In this document: one piece after another, positions 40,315 through 50,948 of the stretch | Layout: each line of letters begins with the position of its first letter | Position numbering within the stretch: position 1 is the stretch's first letter | NCBI GenBank assembly: GCA_963674595.2 | Contig: CAXXFV010000004.1 | Span: 256,001-320,000, forward strand | Source of the DNA: a bacterium | GTDB taxonomy: Bacteria > Zhuqueibacterota > Zhuqueibacteria > Residuimicrobiales > Krinioviventaceae | Reading direction: 5' to 3' | DNA: 64,000 nucleotides | The notes under the pieces: generated by a model | Seen by the model: the letters and a program-made list of their open reading frames with translations, nothing else | What the model was told of the DNA's origin: nothing | Database searches by the model: none | Made by a program: the position numbers and the translations under genes

Positions 40315-41667
40315 ATGGAATTAAACCTGATGGAAAAATGGGACGATATATTAAAAATTATTAAAGACAATATTAATTCAAACAGCTATGCTACCTGGTT
40401 CAAACCAATTAAGCCTTTAAAAATAGAAGATTCCTCTCTCACAGTCCAGGTCCCAAGTCAATTTTTTTATGAGTGGTTGGAACAACATTATAGTACCATA
40501 ATTAACAAAGCAATCTTTAATGTATTGGGGAAAGAATATAAATTATTATATTCCATCATTATGGATTCATCAACACAATCTGTTCAACTTCCTTCCCTTT
40601 CAAAAAGTACTTCACAAAAATCTAAAGGAAATGGACAGGATAATCTTAGAGATCGTTTTACATTTGATTCCTTTATTGAAGGTGAAAGTAATAAATTTGC
40701 AAAAGCAGCGGCTTTCGCCGTTGCAAAATCCCCGGGTTCTACAACTTTTAATCCGTTGGTTGTATATGGAGGCGTTGGTTTAGGAAAAACGCATTTAATA
40801 CAGGCTATAGGAAATTATGCAAAAGATAACGGCCATGCAAAAAGAGTTTTATATGCTGATAGTGAACGTTTTACAATGGATTTTATAAATTCTATCCAGA
40901 AAAACAAATCAACAGAATTTAGTGATCAATATAGAAATATGGATATTTTAATTGTAGACGATATTCAATTTTTCAGTAATAAAGAAAGAACACAGGAAGA
41001 ATTTTTTCATACTTTTAATACTCTTCATCATAAAGGTAAACAAATAATATTATCTTCAGATCGTTCACCTAAAGAACTGCACGGCATTGAAGAACGTTTG
41101 ATATCAAGATTTCAATGGGGTTTGGTAGTTGATATTCAACAACCTGATCTTGAAACCAGACAAGCAATTTTACAAAAAAAGTCTGAAGAAAATGGATTGG
41201 ACTTGCCAGGTGAAATTTTCCATTTTATTGCAACACATATTACAACCAATATTCGTGAATTAGAAGGAGCGTTAATTCGTTTATTAGCATATTCATCTTT
41301 GAATGGAGAAGATATAACACTTGATCTGGCTAAAAAACTATTAAAAGATGTGTGTATTCCAAAGGTAAAAGCTATCAGCATTGAATATATTCAAAAATTA
41401 ACAGCAGAATATTTTAATTTTCCGGATGACATGCTCAGAGCCAAAACACGTAAAAAAGAAATAGTGCAGTCCAGACAAATTGCCATGTATTTGTGTAAAA
41501 TAATGACAGATAGTTCCTTAAAAACTATTGGTTTACACTTTGGAGGAAGAGATCATAGTACTGTTATTCATGCCATTAACAGTGTAGAAGAAACATTTTT
41601 AACCGATAAAAAACTTAAAGAACATATTGACAATATAAAACACAAGATAGAAATATCTCAATTATAA
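40315..41667 (+). CDS. dnaA: Chromosomal replication initiator DnaA
   Basis: FNPL..YGGVGLGKTHL, DDIQF, NIRELEGAL, RQIAMYL and FGGRDHSTV motifs. Confidence 0.98.
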   Translation: MELNLMEKWDDILKIIKDNINSNSYATWFKPIKPLKIEDSSLTVQVPSQFFYEWLEQHYSTIINKAIFNVLGKEYKLLYSIIMDSSTQSVQLPSLSKSTSQKSKGNGQDNLRDRFTFDSFIEGESNKFAKAAAFAVAKSPGSTTFNPLVVYGGVGLGKTHLIQAIGNYAKDNGHAKRVLYADSERFTMDFINSIQKNKSTEFSDQYRNMDILIVDDIQFFSNKERTQEEFFHTFNTLHHKGKQIILSSDRSPKELHGIEERLISRFQWGLVVDIQQPDLETRQAILQKKSEENGLDLPGEIFHFIATHITTNIRELEGALIRLLAYSSLNGEDITLDLAKKLLKDVCIPKVKAISIEYIQKLTAEYFNFPDDMLRAKTRKKEIVQSRQIAMYLCKIMTDSSLKTIGLHFGGRDHSTVIHAINSVEETFLTDKKLKEHIDNIKHKIEISQL

Positions 41668-41678
41668 ATTTGATAACT

Positions 41679-41925
41679 TGTGGAAAAGTAATTTAATAAT
41701 ATGAATAAAGTGTCTAAAAAATGTGTATTAAAAAATAACTGTTAACATTATTAAATTTTTTTTCCACATCGGACAATAATCAAAATATACTCACAGTTCA
41801 TTAACATCTAAATGTTGATAAATAATTTTAAAAAACGGATATAATTACACAAGAAACAACCCTAATATATTAACATTAAAAAGTAATCAACATATCCACA
41901 GTACCTATTATAACTAATATAAAAT
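41679..41925. other. oriC part 2: DnaA boxes plus DnaA-trio unwinding element
   Basis: TGTGGAAAA at 41679, TTTTCCACA at 41760, TGTTGATAA at 41813 and tandem TAATCAACA/ATATCCACA at 41884-41900. These are followed by GTACC and NAN triplets TAT TAT AAC TAA TAT AAA at 41906-41923. Confidence 0.8.
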
Positions 41926-41994
41926 ACTTGATATATTAATTATATTTATATATCTTTTCTCACTTTTTGATATCTTTTTATTATGGAGGCATTA

Positions 41995-43161
41995 ATGAAT
42001 TTCTCAATCTCTAAAAATGAATTTTATGAAGCGCTTCATAAAATTGTTGGAGTCGTTCCGCAAAAAACTACAATGTCAATCCTGACCTCAATTCTTTTTG
42101 AATTGGAAGGAAATGAATTGAAAATGACAGGTTCTGATTTAGAGATTTCAGTTTCACTGTCATTAAATGTTACGGCAAATGAATCAGGCTCTGCTGCAAT
42201 TCCAGCTAAATTATTGTTAGAGATTGTTAGAGAACTTCCTAATGTATCACTCAATATATTTTCTGATAAGAATGACAAGGTTACTATTAAAACAGAAAAA
42301 GGTGAATATAAAATAGCCACCTTACCCAAGGAAGATTTTCCGCATATTAACTTTGAAGAAAGTCATTTGAATTTTGAGCTGAGTAGTGATATTTTCTCTC
42401 AAATGACAAATAAAACTATTTTTGCTGTTTCTAATGATGAATTAAGACCGGCATTAACCGGTATATATATGGAAATTGAACCTTCTCTATTAAGGTTTGT
42501 AAGTACGGATGGCCACAGACTTTCTCGTTATATTTACAAATCGTTTGCTTCCGGAGATAACGTTAAACAAAATTTAATAGTTCCTACAAAAGCTTTAAAT
42601 TTGGCCCTTAGAAATATAAAATCCGATCAGGATATTAATATACAAATTGGTGATGATCATATTATTTTTCAATTAGACAGTGCTGTCATATATTCAAAAT
42701 TAATCAACGGAACCTATCCGGATTATGAAAGAGTTATCCCCTCTGAAAATGATAAAAATCTTATTGTAAACAGGGATTTGCTTTTATCTACGCTTCGTAG
42801 AATTTCAATTTTTTCAAATTCTATTACAAATCAGGTTCGTGTTTCCCTTTCACAGGATGAAATGATGATCCATTCAGAAGATATTGAATTTGGAGCTGAG
42901 GGTCGTGAAACAATTCAGGTTGATTATGCTGGTGACTCTATGCAAATTGCATATAATTCACTATATCTTATGGATATTTTAAAGCATTTGGATTCAGAAG
43001 ATGTTAAATTTGAATTAAAAGACAGCGAACATGCTGCTATACTCAAGCCATCAGAAACAGACAGTGCTCAAGATATTACAATGCTTCTCATGCCGATAAG
43101 AATATCAGAAGAACCAAAGGCTAATAATTCAGAATCGGATCGTGATGTTGATTATGAATAA
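41995..43161 (+). CDS. dnaN: DNA polymerase III beta sliding clamp
   Basis: GSDLEI, RPALTG, STDGHRL, YPDYERVIP and LLMPIR motifs. GGAGG precedes ATG 41995. Confidence 0.97.
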   Translation: MNFSISKNEFYEALHKIVGVVPQKTTMSILTSILFELEGNELKMTGSDLEISVSLSLNVTANESGSAAIPAKLLLEIVRELPNVSLNIFSDKNDKVTIKTEKGEYKIATLPKEDFPHINFEESHLNFELSSDIFSQMTNKTIFAVSNDELRPALTGIYMEIEPSLLRFVSTDGHRLSRYIYKSFASGDNVKQNLIVPTKALNLALRNIKSDQDINIQIGDDHIIFQLDSAVIYSKLINGTYPDYERVIPSENDKNLIVNRDLLLSTLRRISIFSNSITNQVRVSLSQDEMMIHSEDIEFGAEGRETIQVDYAGDSMQIAYNSLYLMDILKHLDSEDVKFELKDSEHAAILKPSETDSAQDITMLLMPIRISEEPKANNSESDRDVDYE

Positions 43162-43166
43162 ATTCT

Positions 43167-44287
43167 ATGATCATTGAACAATTAGATATTAATTCTTTTC
43201 GTAATTATCAAAATTTACATATTCGGTTTGATAAGCAACTAAATTTTATTTTTGGGGACAATGCTCAAGGTAAAACAAATTTACTTGAGGCTATATATAT
43301 TTTATGTTTGGCTCGATCTTTTCGTTCAAAAGACGACAGCGAACTGATACCATTAGGGGAAGAGCAATATATTCTGGATGGAAAATTTTGTAATTCCAAT
43401 GGTATAAAAAGACATGTCGGAATATCTTATTCACATTCCCGAAAAAAGAGTCTTAAAGTTGATTCGAAAAGAATTACACAATTTTCCAAATTTATTGGTC
43501 AATTTCCCGTTGTTGTTTTATCATCAAATGATTTTGACATAACCAATGGACCGCCTGCTGTCAGAAGAAGATTTTTTAATATTCTTTTATCTCAAACTTC
43601 TGCAAAATATATTAATTATTTAAAAAACTACGAACGCATTCTTAAACAACGAAATTTTATACTTTTAAATCTTTTAGTAAAAAAATACCCGAAGCTGAGC
43701 TTCAGGTGTGGGATGACCAGCTTGTAGAAATAGGTCAGCAAATAATGATATATCGTTATAATTTAGTGAATGAATTAAACGAATATATTCAAATTTATTA
43801 TAGTAAAATTGCAAATTCAGACAATAAACTCATTATAGAATACGAACCGGATGTATCTTTTGGCAATTGTAAAGATATATCAAAAAATTTTAATGAAAAA
43901 ATTTCCAAGTTGAGGTATAAAGAAAAAAAACGAGGAACAACACTTTCCGGTCCGCATCGAGACGAATTTGTTTTTAAAATTAATGATAAAGAAGTAAGAA
44001 AGTTTGGATCTCGTGGTGAGCATAAAAGTACCTTAATAAGTTTAAAAGCAGCGGAAGCATACCTTATTCAACAAAAATCAGAAATGTTTCCCATTCTTTT
44101 GTTAGATGATTTATATGCAGAGTTGGATAAAAATAGAGGAAAAAGTGTCCTTGATTTATTTGATAAAAATTGTCAGATTTTTATAACAGCCACTTCGCAT
44201 GATTTTGAAGCTGTAAAAGGCTATTATAAAAATATTAAAGAAAAGTCAACTTTTTTTATTGAATCAGGAACCGTTAAAATTGAGTAA
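43167..44287 (+). pseudogene. recF: RecF split by a -1 frameshift (sequencing error, recent lesion or programmed shift)
   Basis: First frame has FRNY, GDNAQGKTN and P..RRRF...LKQRN. Second frame has WD.QL, GPHRD, GSRGE and PILLLDD..AELD. Joined length is about 373 aa. Confidence 0.85.
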
Positions 44288-44570
44288 AAACAATACAATA
44301 TCTGTTGGAAAAGCTTTAAATGGTATATTAAAAGATCTTGGATTGCAGGGTCGCATTAACCAATATCGTGTCCTGGAAATGTGGCCCGAAATTGTAGGAG
44401 AAAATATAGCAAAATATACCAAAGCGGAACGTGTACAGGAACATATTATTTATATTAAAGTAAAGAATAATACCTGGCGTACGGAATTACAATTTCAAAA
44501 AAATATAATTTTGGAAAATATTTCCCAAAAAGTTGGAAAAGGAATTATTAAAGATATTAGATTTTATTAA
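44280..44570 (+). CDS. dciA: DciA/DUF721 family helicase-loader protein
   Basis: W.EIVG..IA..T....V....WR.EL pattern, located between recF and gyrB. Probable TTG start at 44280 overlapping the recF end. Confidence 0.82.
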   Translation: MSKNNTISVGKALNGILKDLGLQGRINQYRVLEMWPEIVGENIAKYTKAERVQEHIIYIKVKNNTWRTELQFQKNIILENISQKVGKGIIKDIRFY

Positions 44571-46508
<1,938 letters not shown>

Positions 46509-46542
46509 GATTTTTATAAAGAAAGGCGATGTTTAAGCATTT

Positions 46543-48966
46543 ATGAATAAAGAAAATGAAAAAATAGTTCCGGTTTTTATTGAAGAGGAAATGCGGAATT
46601 CTTATATAGACTATTCCATGTCTGTTATTGTTGCTCGTGCATTACCTGACGTAAGAGATGGTTTAAAACCTGTACATCGTCGTGTATTATTTGGTATGCT
46701 GGATTTGGGATTGCGGCCGGGATCGGCTTATAAAAAAAGCGCCCGTATTGTTGGAGAAGTGTTGGGTAAATATCACCCGCATGGAGATAGTGCCGTTTAT
46801 GATACAATGGTGCGCCTGGTGCAGGATTTTTCCATGCGATATCCCCTTGTCGATGGGCAGGGAAACTTTGGATCGATAGATGGTGATGCTGCTGCTGCCA
46901 TGAGGTACACGGAAGCACGTTTGGCTGCCATTGCGGACCAGGTTTTAAGAGATATTGAAAAAGACACCGTCGATTTTATCCCTAATTTTGATGATTCTTT
47001 AAAAGAACCTTCCATACTCCCTTCATTACTACCCACTCTTTTGGTTAATGGTGCTTCCGGTATTGCAGTAGGTATGGCCACAAACATGCCGCCACATAAT
47101 TTAACAGAGGTTATCGATGCTTTGGTTGCTGTTATTGATAATCCGAAACTAACAGCTACTGGTATAAAAAAATACCTCATAGGCCCGGATTTTCCTACAG
47201 GTGCTCTTATTTACGGCGACCAGGAAATAGATTCCTACTTTAAAACGGGTCGCGGAAAACTGACAGTACGTGCCCGTGTGCATATTGAAGATATGCATGG
47301 CCAGCGTCAACGAATTATCGTTACCGAAATTCCATATCAGGTAAATAAAAGCTCACTCATTGAAAAAATTGCTTCACTTGTACGGGAAAAGAAACTTGAT
47401 GGTATATCTGAAATTCGTGACGAGTCTGATCGTGAGGGAATGAGAATTGTCTTTGAACTTAAAAAGGATGTTTCCACAGAAAAAATATTAAAGGGATTAT
47501 ATCAGCATACTCAAATGCAAACAACATTTGGTGTTATTTTACTTGCACTGGTAAATGGTGAGCCCAAAATTTTAAGCATTAAAGAAATTCTGGACGAGTT
47601 TTTAAAATTCAGACATGAAATAATTCTTCGTCGTACAAAATTTGAGTTAGATAAAGCTGAAAAAAGAGCACATATTTTGCTGGGCTTGATAATTGCGTTG
47701 GATAATATTGATGAAGTTATTGCAATTATTAAAAAGTCAAGAAATGTGGATACGGCCCGTAGTGCTTTGATGAAAAATTTCAAACTTTCTGAAATTCAGG
47801 CCCAGGCCATTTTGGATATGCGTTTACAGCGATTAACAGGACTGGAACGAAAGAAAATCCAGGATGAATATCGTGAGCTGGTAAAACTTATTAAAGAGCT
47901 AAAGGCTTTGTTGCAAAGTAAAACAAAACGAATGCAGCTTGTTAAAAAAGAATTGCTGGAATTAAAAGAACAGTTTGGTGATTCGAGAAAAACGCAAATA
48001 ATCAGCAAAACAGGTAAGAATGTTGTTAAAGAATTAATGCAGGAAGAAGAATCTATAATAATATCTTATAATACCGGTATTATAAAACGATTTTTACTGC
48101 ATGAATTTAAGGAAAACGGAGAAAAACTGGCTTCTTCAAACAGCATCGCTGAAAGTGCGTTACGGACCGCTAACAGTCATTTTTTGCTATTCTTTTCAAA
48201 TAAAGGGAATTGTTATCATTTACGAACGAGTTTTATTCCTTTAGCATCGAAAAATGAAAACGGAACCCAGGTTGAAAAATTATTACATTTGCATAATAAT
48301 GAAAAAATTATTAACATTCTTCCTACCAGTCGTTTTGAAGAAGACAAGTTTATCTTCTTTTCAACACGTGAAGGTCTGGTCAAAAAGGTCTCTCTGGCTT
48401 CATTGGCAAAACCAAAAGAAGGCGGTCAGACAGTGCTTTCATTAAAAGACAATGATGAAATGATTTCTGCTTTTCAAACAAACGGATCAAATGATATTAT
48501 TATGGCAACCTCAAATGGTATGGCCATTCGTTTTAATGAGCAGGACGTTAGAGATATGGGTTTATCTGCCGGCGGAATAAAAGGAATAACTCTGTCCAAA
48601 GATGATACTGTTGTTTCTGTTCTACCTGTTTTAATTGATAAATCATGTTTATTGACTATAACCAGTAATGGATTTGGTAAAAAGAGCGAGATTACAGAGT
48701 ATAGCACAATTAAAAGAAGTGGTAAAGGTCTTGTGAATTATAAAATGTCTGATAAAGTGGGTAAGATTATCAGTGCACATGAGGTAACAGACAAAGATCA
48801 GATTGTATTGATTACCAAAAAACAAAAATTAAAAAAGCAGAAAATTAAAGATATTAAACTGATGGGTAGAGCTACTCAAGGTACAATAATTGCAACATTA
48901 GCAAAACAAGACAGCTTTGAAAAAACAATACATTTTTCATATGAGCAAATAAAAAAGTTTAAATAA
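46543..48966 (+). CDS. gyrA: Type IIA topoisomerase subunit A (GyrA-like, GyrA-box absent)
   Basis: [25 protein letters not shown] and AAMRYTE motifs, plus beta-pinwheel CTD repeats. Confidence 0.85.
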   Translation: MNKENEKIVPVFIEEEMRNSYIDYSMSVIVARALPDVRDGLKPVHRRVLFGMLDLGLRPGSAYKKSARIVGEVLGKYHPHGDSAVYDTMVRLVQDFSMRYPLVDGQGNFGSIDGDAAAAMRYTEARLAAIADQVLRDIEKDTVDFIPNFDDSLKEPSILPSLLPTLLVNGASGIAVGMATNMPPHNLTEVIDALVAVIDNPKLTATGIKKYLIGPDFPTGALIYGDQEIDSYFKTGRGKLTVRARVHIEDMHGQRQRIIVTEIPYQVNKSSLIEKIASLVREKKLDGISEIRDESDREGMRIVFELKKDVSTEKILKGLYQHTQMQTTFGVILLALVNGEPKILSIKEILDEFLKFRHEIILRRTKFELDKAEKRAHILLGLIIALDNIDEVIAIIKKSRNVDTARSALMKNFKLSEIQAQAILDMRLQRLTGLERKKIQDEYRELVKLIKELKALLQSKTKRMQLVKKELLELKEQFGDSRKTQIISKTGKNVVKELMQEEESIIISYNTGIIKRFLLHEFKENGEKLASSNSIAESALRTANSHFLLFFSNKGNCYHLRTSFIPLASKNENGTQVEKLLHLHNNEKIINILPTSRFEEDKFIFFSTREGLVKKVSLASLAKPKEGGQTVLSLKDNDEMISAFQTNGSNDIIMATSNGMAIRFNEQDVRDMGLSAGGIKGITLSKDDTVVSVLPVLIDKSCLLTITSNGFGKKSEITEYSTIKRSGKGLVNYKMSDKVGKIISAHEVTDKDQIVLITKKQKLKKQKIKDIKLMGRATQGTIIATLAKQDSFEKTIHFSYEQIKKFK

Positions 48967-49016
48967 CAGCATCTTTTGTTAGAGCATAAGTTAGCATAAT
49001 TAAAAGGATTTAAGAG

Positions 49017-50159
49017 TTGGCGTTGTTGGGCATCGAAGAAGGGCTAAAAAGCCGGGTTCATGATTTTTATCAACTATGTGTTGATGGTCATGAAGTTGTT
49101 ACTTGCAGGCATCTACTGGAGAAAGATGTACCACAGTATGTCAAAAGTAGCTTTATATCTTTTGCTCGTAGACGTTTAAAAGAATTGTCCCCGATCACAT
49201 GGAATTATAAAAAAGCCTTTGATTTTAATGATCCCGAATTAAAGGATTCCATCGAGCAGTTAACCAATGTTCTGCAGATGAATATCCATTTTACCAAAAA
49301 AGACGTTGAACTATGCATTAACAATGCTGTAAAAATTAGATTTGAGTTTATATTAAGGCCACAAAAGGCTATTGAAGCTTTTTTTATTAATAAAAAAAAT
49401 CAAATTGATAAAGAAATTATCATACGATCCATAGAAAAATTTGGGTCAAATATTCCTTTTATGGAAAAACTAGGCGAAAAACTAGAAAAATATCCTCAAA
49501 AGACTTTAGACTATGACCAATATCTGTTTTTTTCACGGGAAATTAAAAAAGAATTATATAGTAATGTCCACAAAGAGCTGTTTAAAGAGTTTGATTTATT
49601 ACTCGATATGTCTTATGTTAACGGTAAGGTAGGCCCAAAAGCTTTAGAGTTTCACCTTGTTGAAGAATTTTTAGGCTGTCGGGGATTAGAAAATATTCAA
49701 AACCTTGTTCATAATAAAGTTGAAAAAGGTAAAGAAGTCTGGTATAAACAGGATATTATCGATTTAATTTCTTTGGTTTTTAACATTCCAAGTTCTAAAA
49801 TCAGCCAACAATCCCTGGCAAAAGAAAACATTTACCCGAAAATTATTTTTTCGGATGATAAATTTTTGAAAATTCAGAGACAAAAAATTGAACATCAACC
49901 ACCGGGGCCTTATCCTTCAATATATGACTATATTGATCGTAAAGACTGGAAAATATTTGTCAGAAAGTTGTTCAAAAAAGATGAAAAAGAGTTTAAAAAT
50001 TTCATTAATCGAATTGACAAAATTACAAAGTGGCGCGATGCCAAACAAATTATAGATTGGGAACTGGAAAAGAGACAGGTAGATTTTTATTCAAGGGAAG
50101 CAGTTCGCCTGGGAGATGTAATTTTTGCAAAATATTTCTCAAAAGGTGTATATGTATAA
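49017..50159 (+). CDS. Hypothetical helical protein
   Basis: 380-aa ORF with TTG start, co-oriented after gyrA. No motif recognised. Confidence 0.7.
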   Translation: MALLGIEEGLKSRVHDFYQLCVDGHEVVTCRHLLEKDVPQYVKSSFISFARRRLKELSPITWNYKKAFDFNDPELKDSIEQLTNVLQMNIHFTKKDVELCINNAVKIRFEFILRPQKAIEAFFINKKNQIDKEIIIRSIEKFGSNIPFMEKLGEKLEKYPQKTLDYDQYLFFSREIKKELYSNVHKELFKEFDLLLDMSYVNGKVGPKALEFHLVEEFLGCRGLENIQNLVHNKVEKGKEVWYKQDIIDLISLVFNIPSSKISQQSLAKENIYPKIIFSDDKFLKIQRQKIEHQPPGPYPSIYDYIDRKDWKIFVRKLFKKDEKEFKNFINRIDKITKWRDAKQIIDWELEKRQVDFYSREAVRLGDVIFAKYFSKGVYV

Positions 50160-50186
50160 TATTTTATCAAAATGGGAGATTTTACA

Positions 50187-50948
50187 ATGAAAGTATTTAA
50201 AGTTAGTCTTTCATTTTTGTTTATTATTGTTTTAACGATTGCAATTTTTGCTTTTACTGCTGAACAAACTGAAGGACAAAAAGGGTTGGTAACCTTTGTG
50301 GAGGGTGCGGCAAAGAAGCAAAAACTTGAAGAAACGAAATGGTCGAATGTTTTCAAGGACACGGAAGTAATCGGCGGAGAACGTGTAAGAACCTTTAGTC
50401 AATCCAGAGCAGAATTGGAACTTGCTCAATTGGATAAAATTCGCATGGCTCCAAAAACCACAATTGATATATTAAAACTGTATCAGGAAACCAAGGATAA
50501 CGTACAAGAATCGAAAATTGTATTACAAAAAGGTGATTTGTGGGCCAATGTTGCCAAAAAGCCCGGTAATATGAAATTTTCAATTGGTACACCGGTTGCC
50601 GCTGCCGCTATTACGGGTACAACATTACGTGTTAATGTTGGGGCCGATTCTTCTGCAGAACTTAAAGTTTATAATGGTGAAGTGATATTAACCAATGCGC
50701 CTGAATCGCAAACGGTTGTTCCCAAGTCAATTCAGCCTTATGAGATTGAGGGCCCTCATGAAATAGCCGGTCCCCATGAAGTTTCAATGGAAGAGTGGTC
50801 ACTTATTGTAAAAAGTATGCAAAAAGTGAGAGTTGATAAAGACGGTAACGTTTTGTATTCGGGTCAGTTTTCTAAAAAAGATGATGATGAGAAAACATCG
50901 TGGGTTAAGTGGAACCAGCAAAGAGATAAAGAGTCGGGAATACACTAA
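50187..50948 (+). CDS. FecR-domain exported protein
   Basis: Signal peptide; G..VRT...SRAEL....IRM...T, G.LWANV, TPVAAAAITGT and V..GEV motifs. RBS precedes ATG 50187. Confidence 0.78.
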   Translation: MKVFKVSLSFLFIIVLTIAIFAFTAEQTEGQKGLVTFVEGAAKKQKLEETKWSNVFKDTEVIGGERVRTFSQSRAELELAQLDKIRMAPKTTIDILKLYQETKDNVQESKIVLQKGDLWANVAKKPGNMKFSIGTPVAAAAITGTTLRVNVGADSSAELKVYNGEVILTNAPESQTVVPKSIQPYEIEGPHEIAGPHEVSMEEWSLIVKSMQKVRVDKDGNVLYSGQFSKKDDDEKTSWVKWNQQRDKESGIH

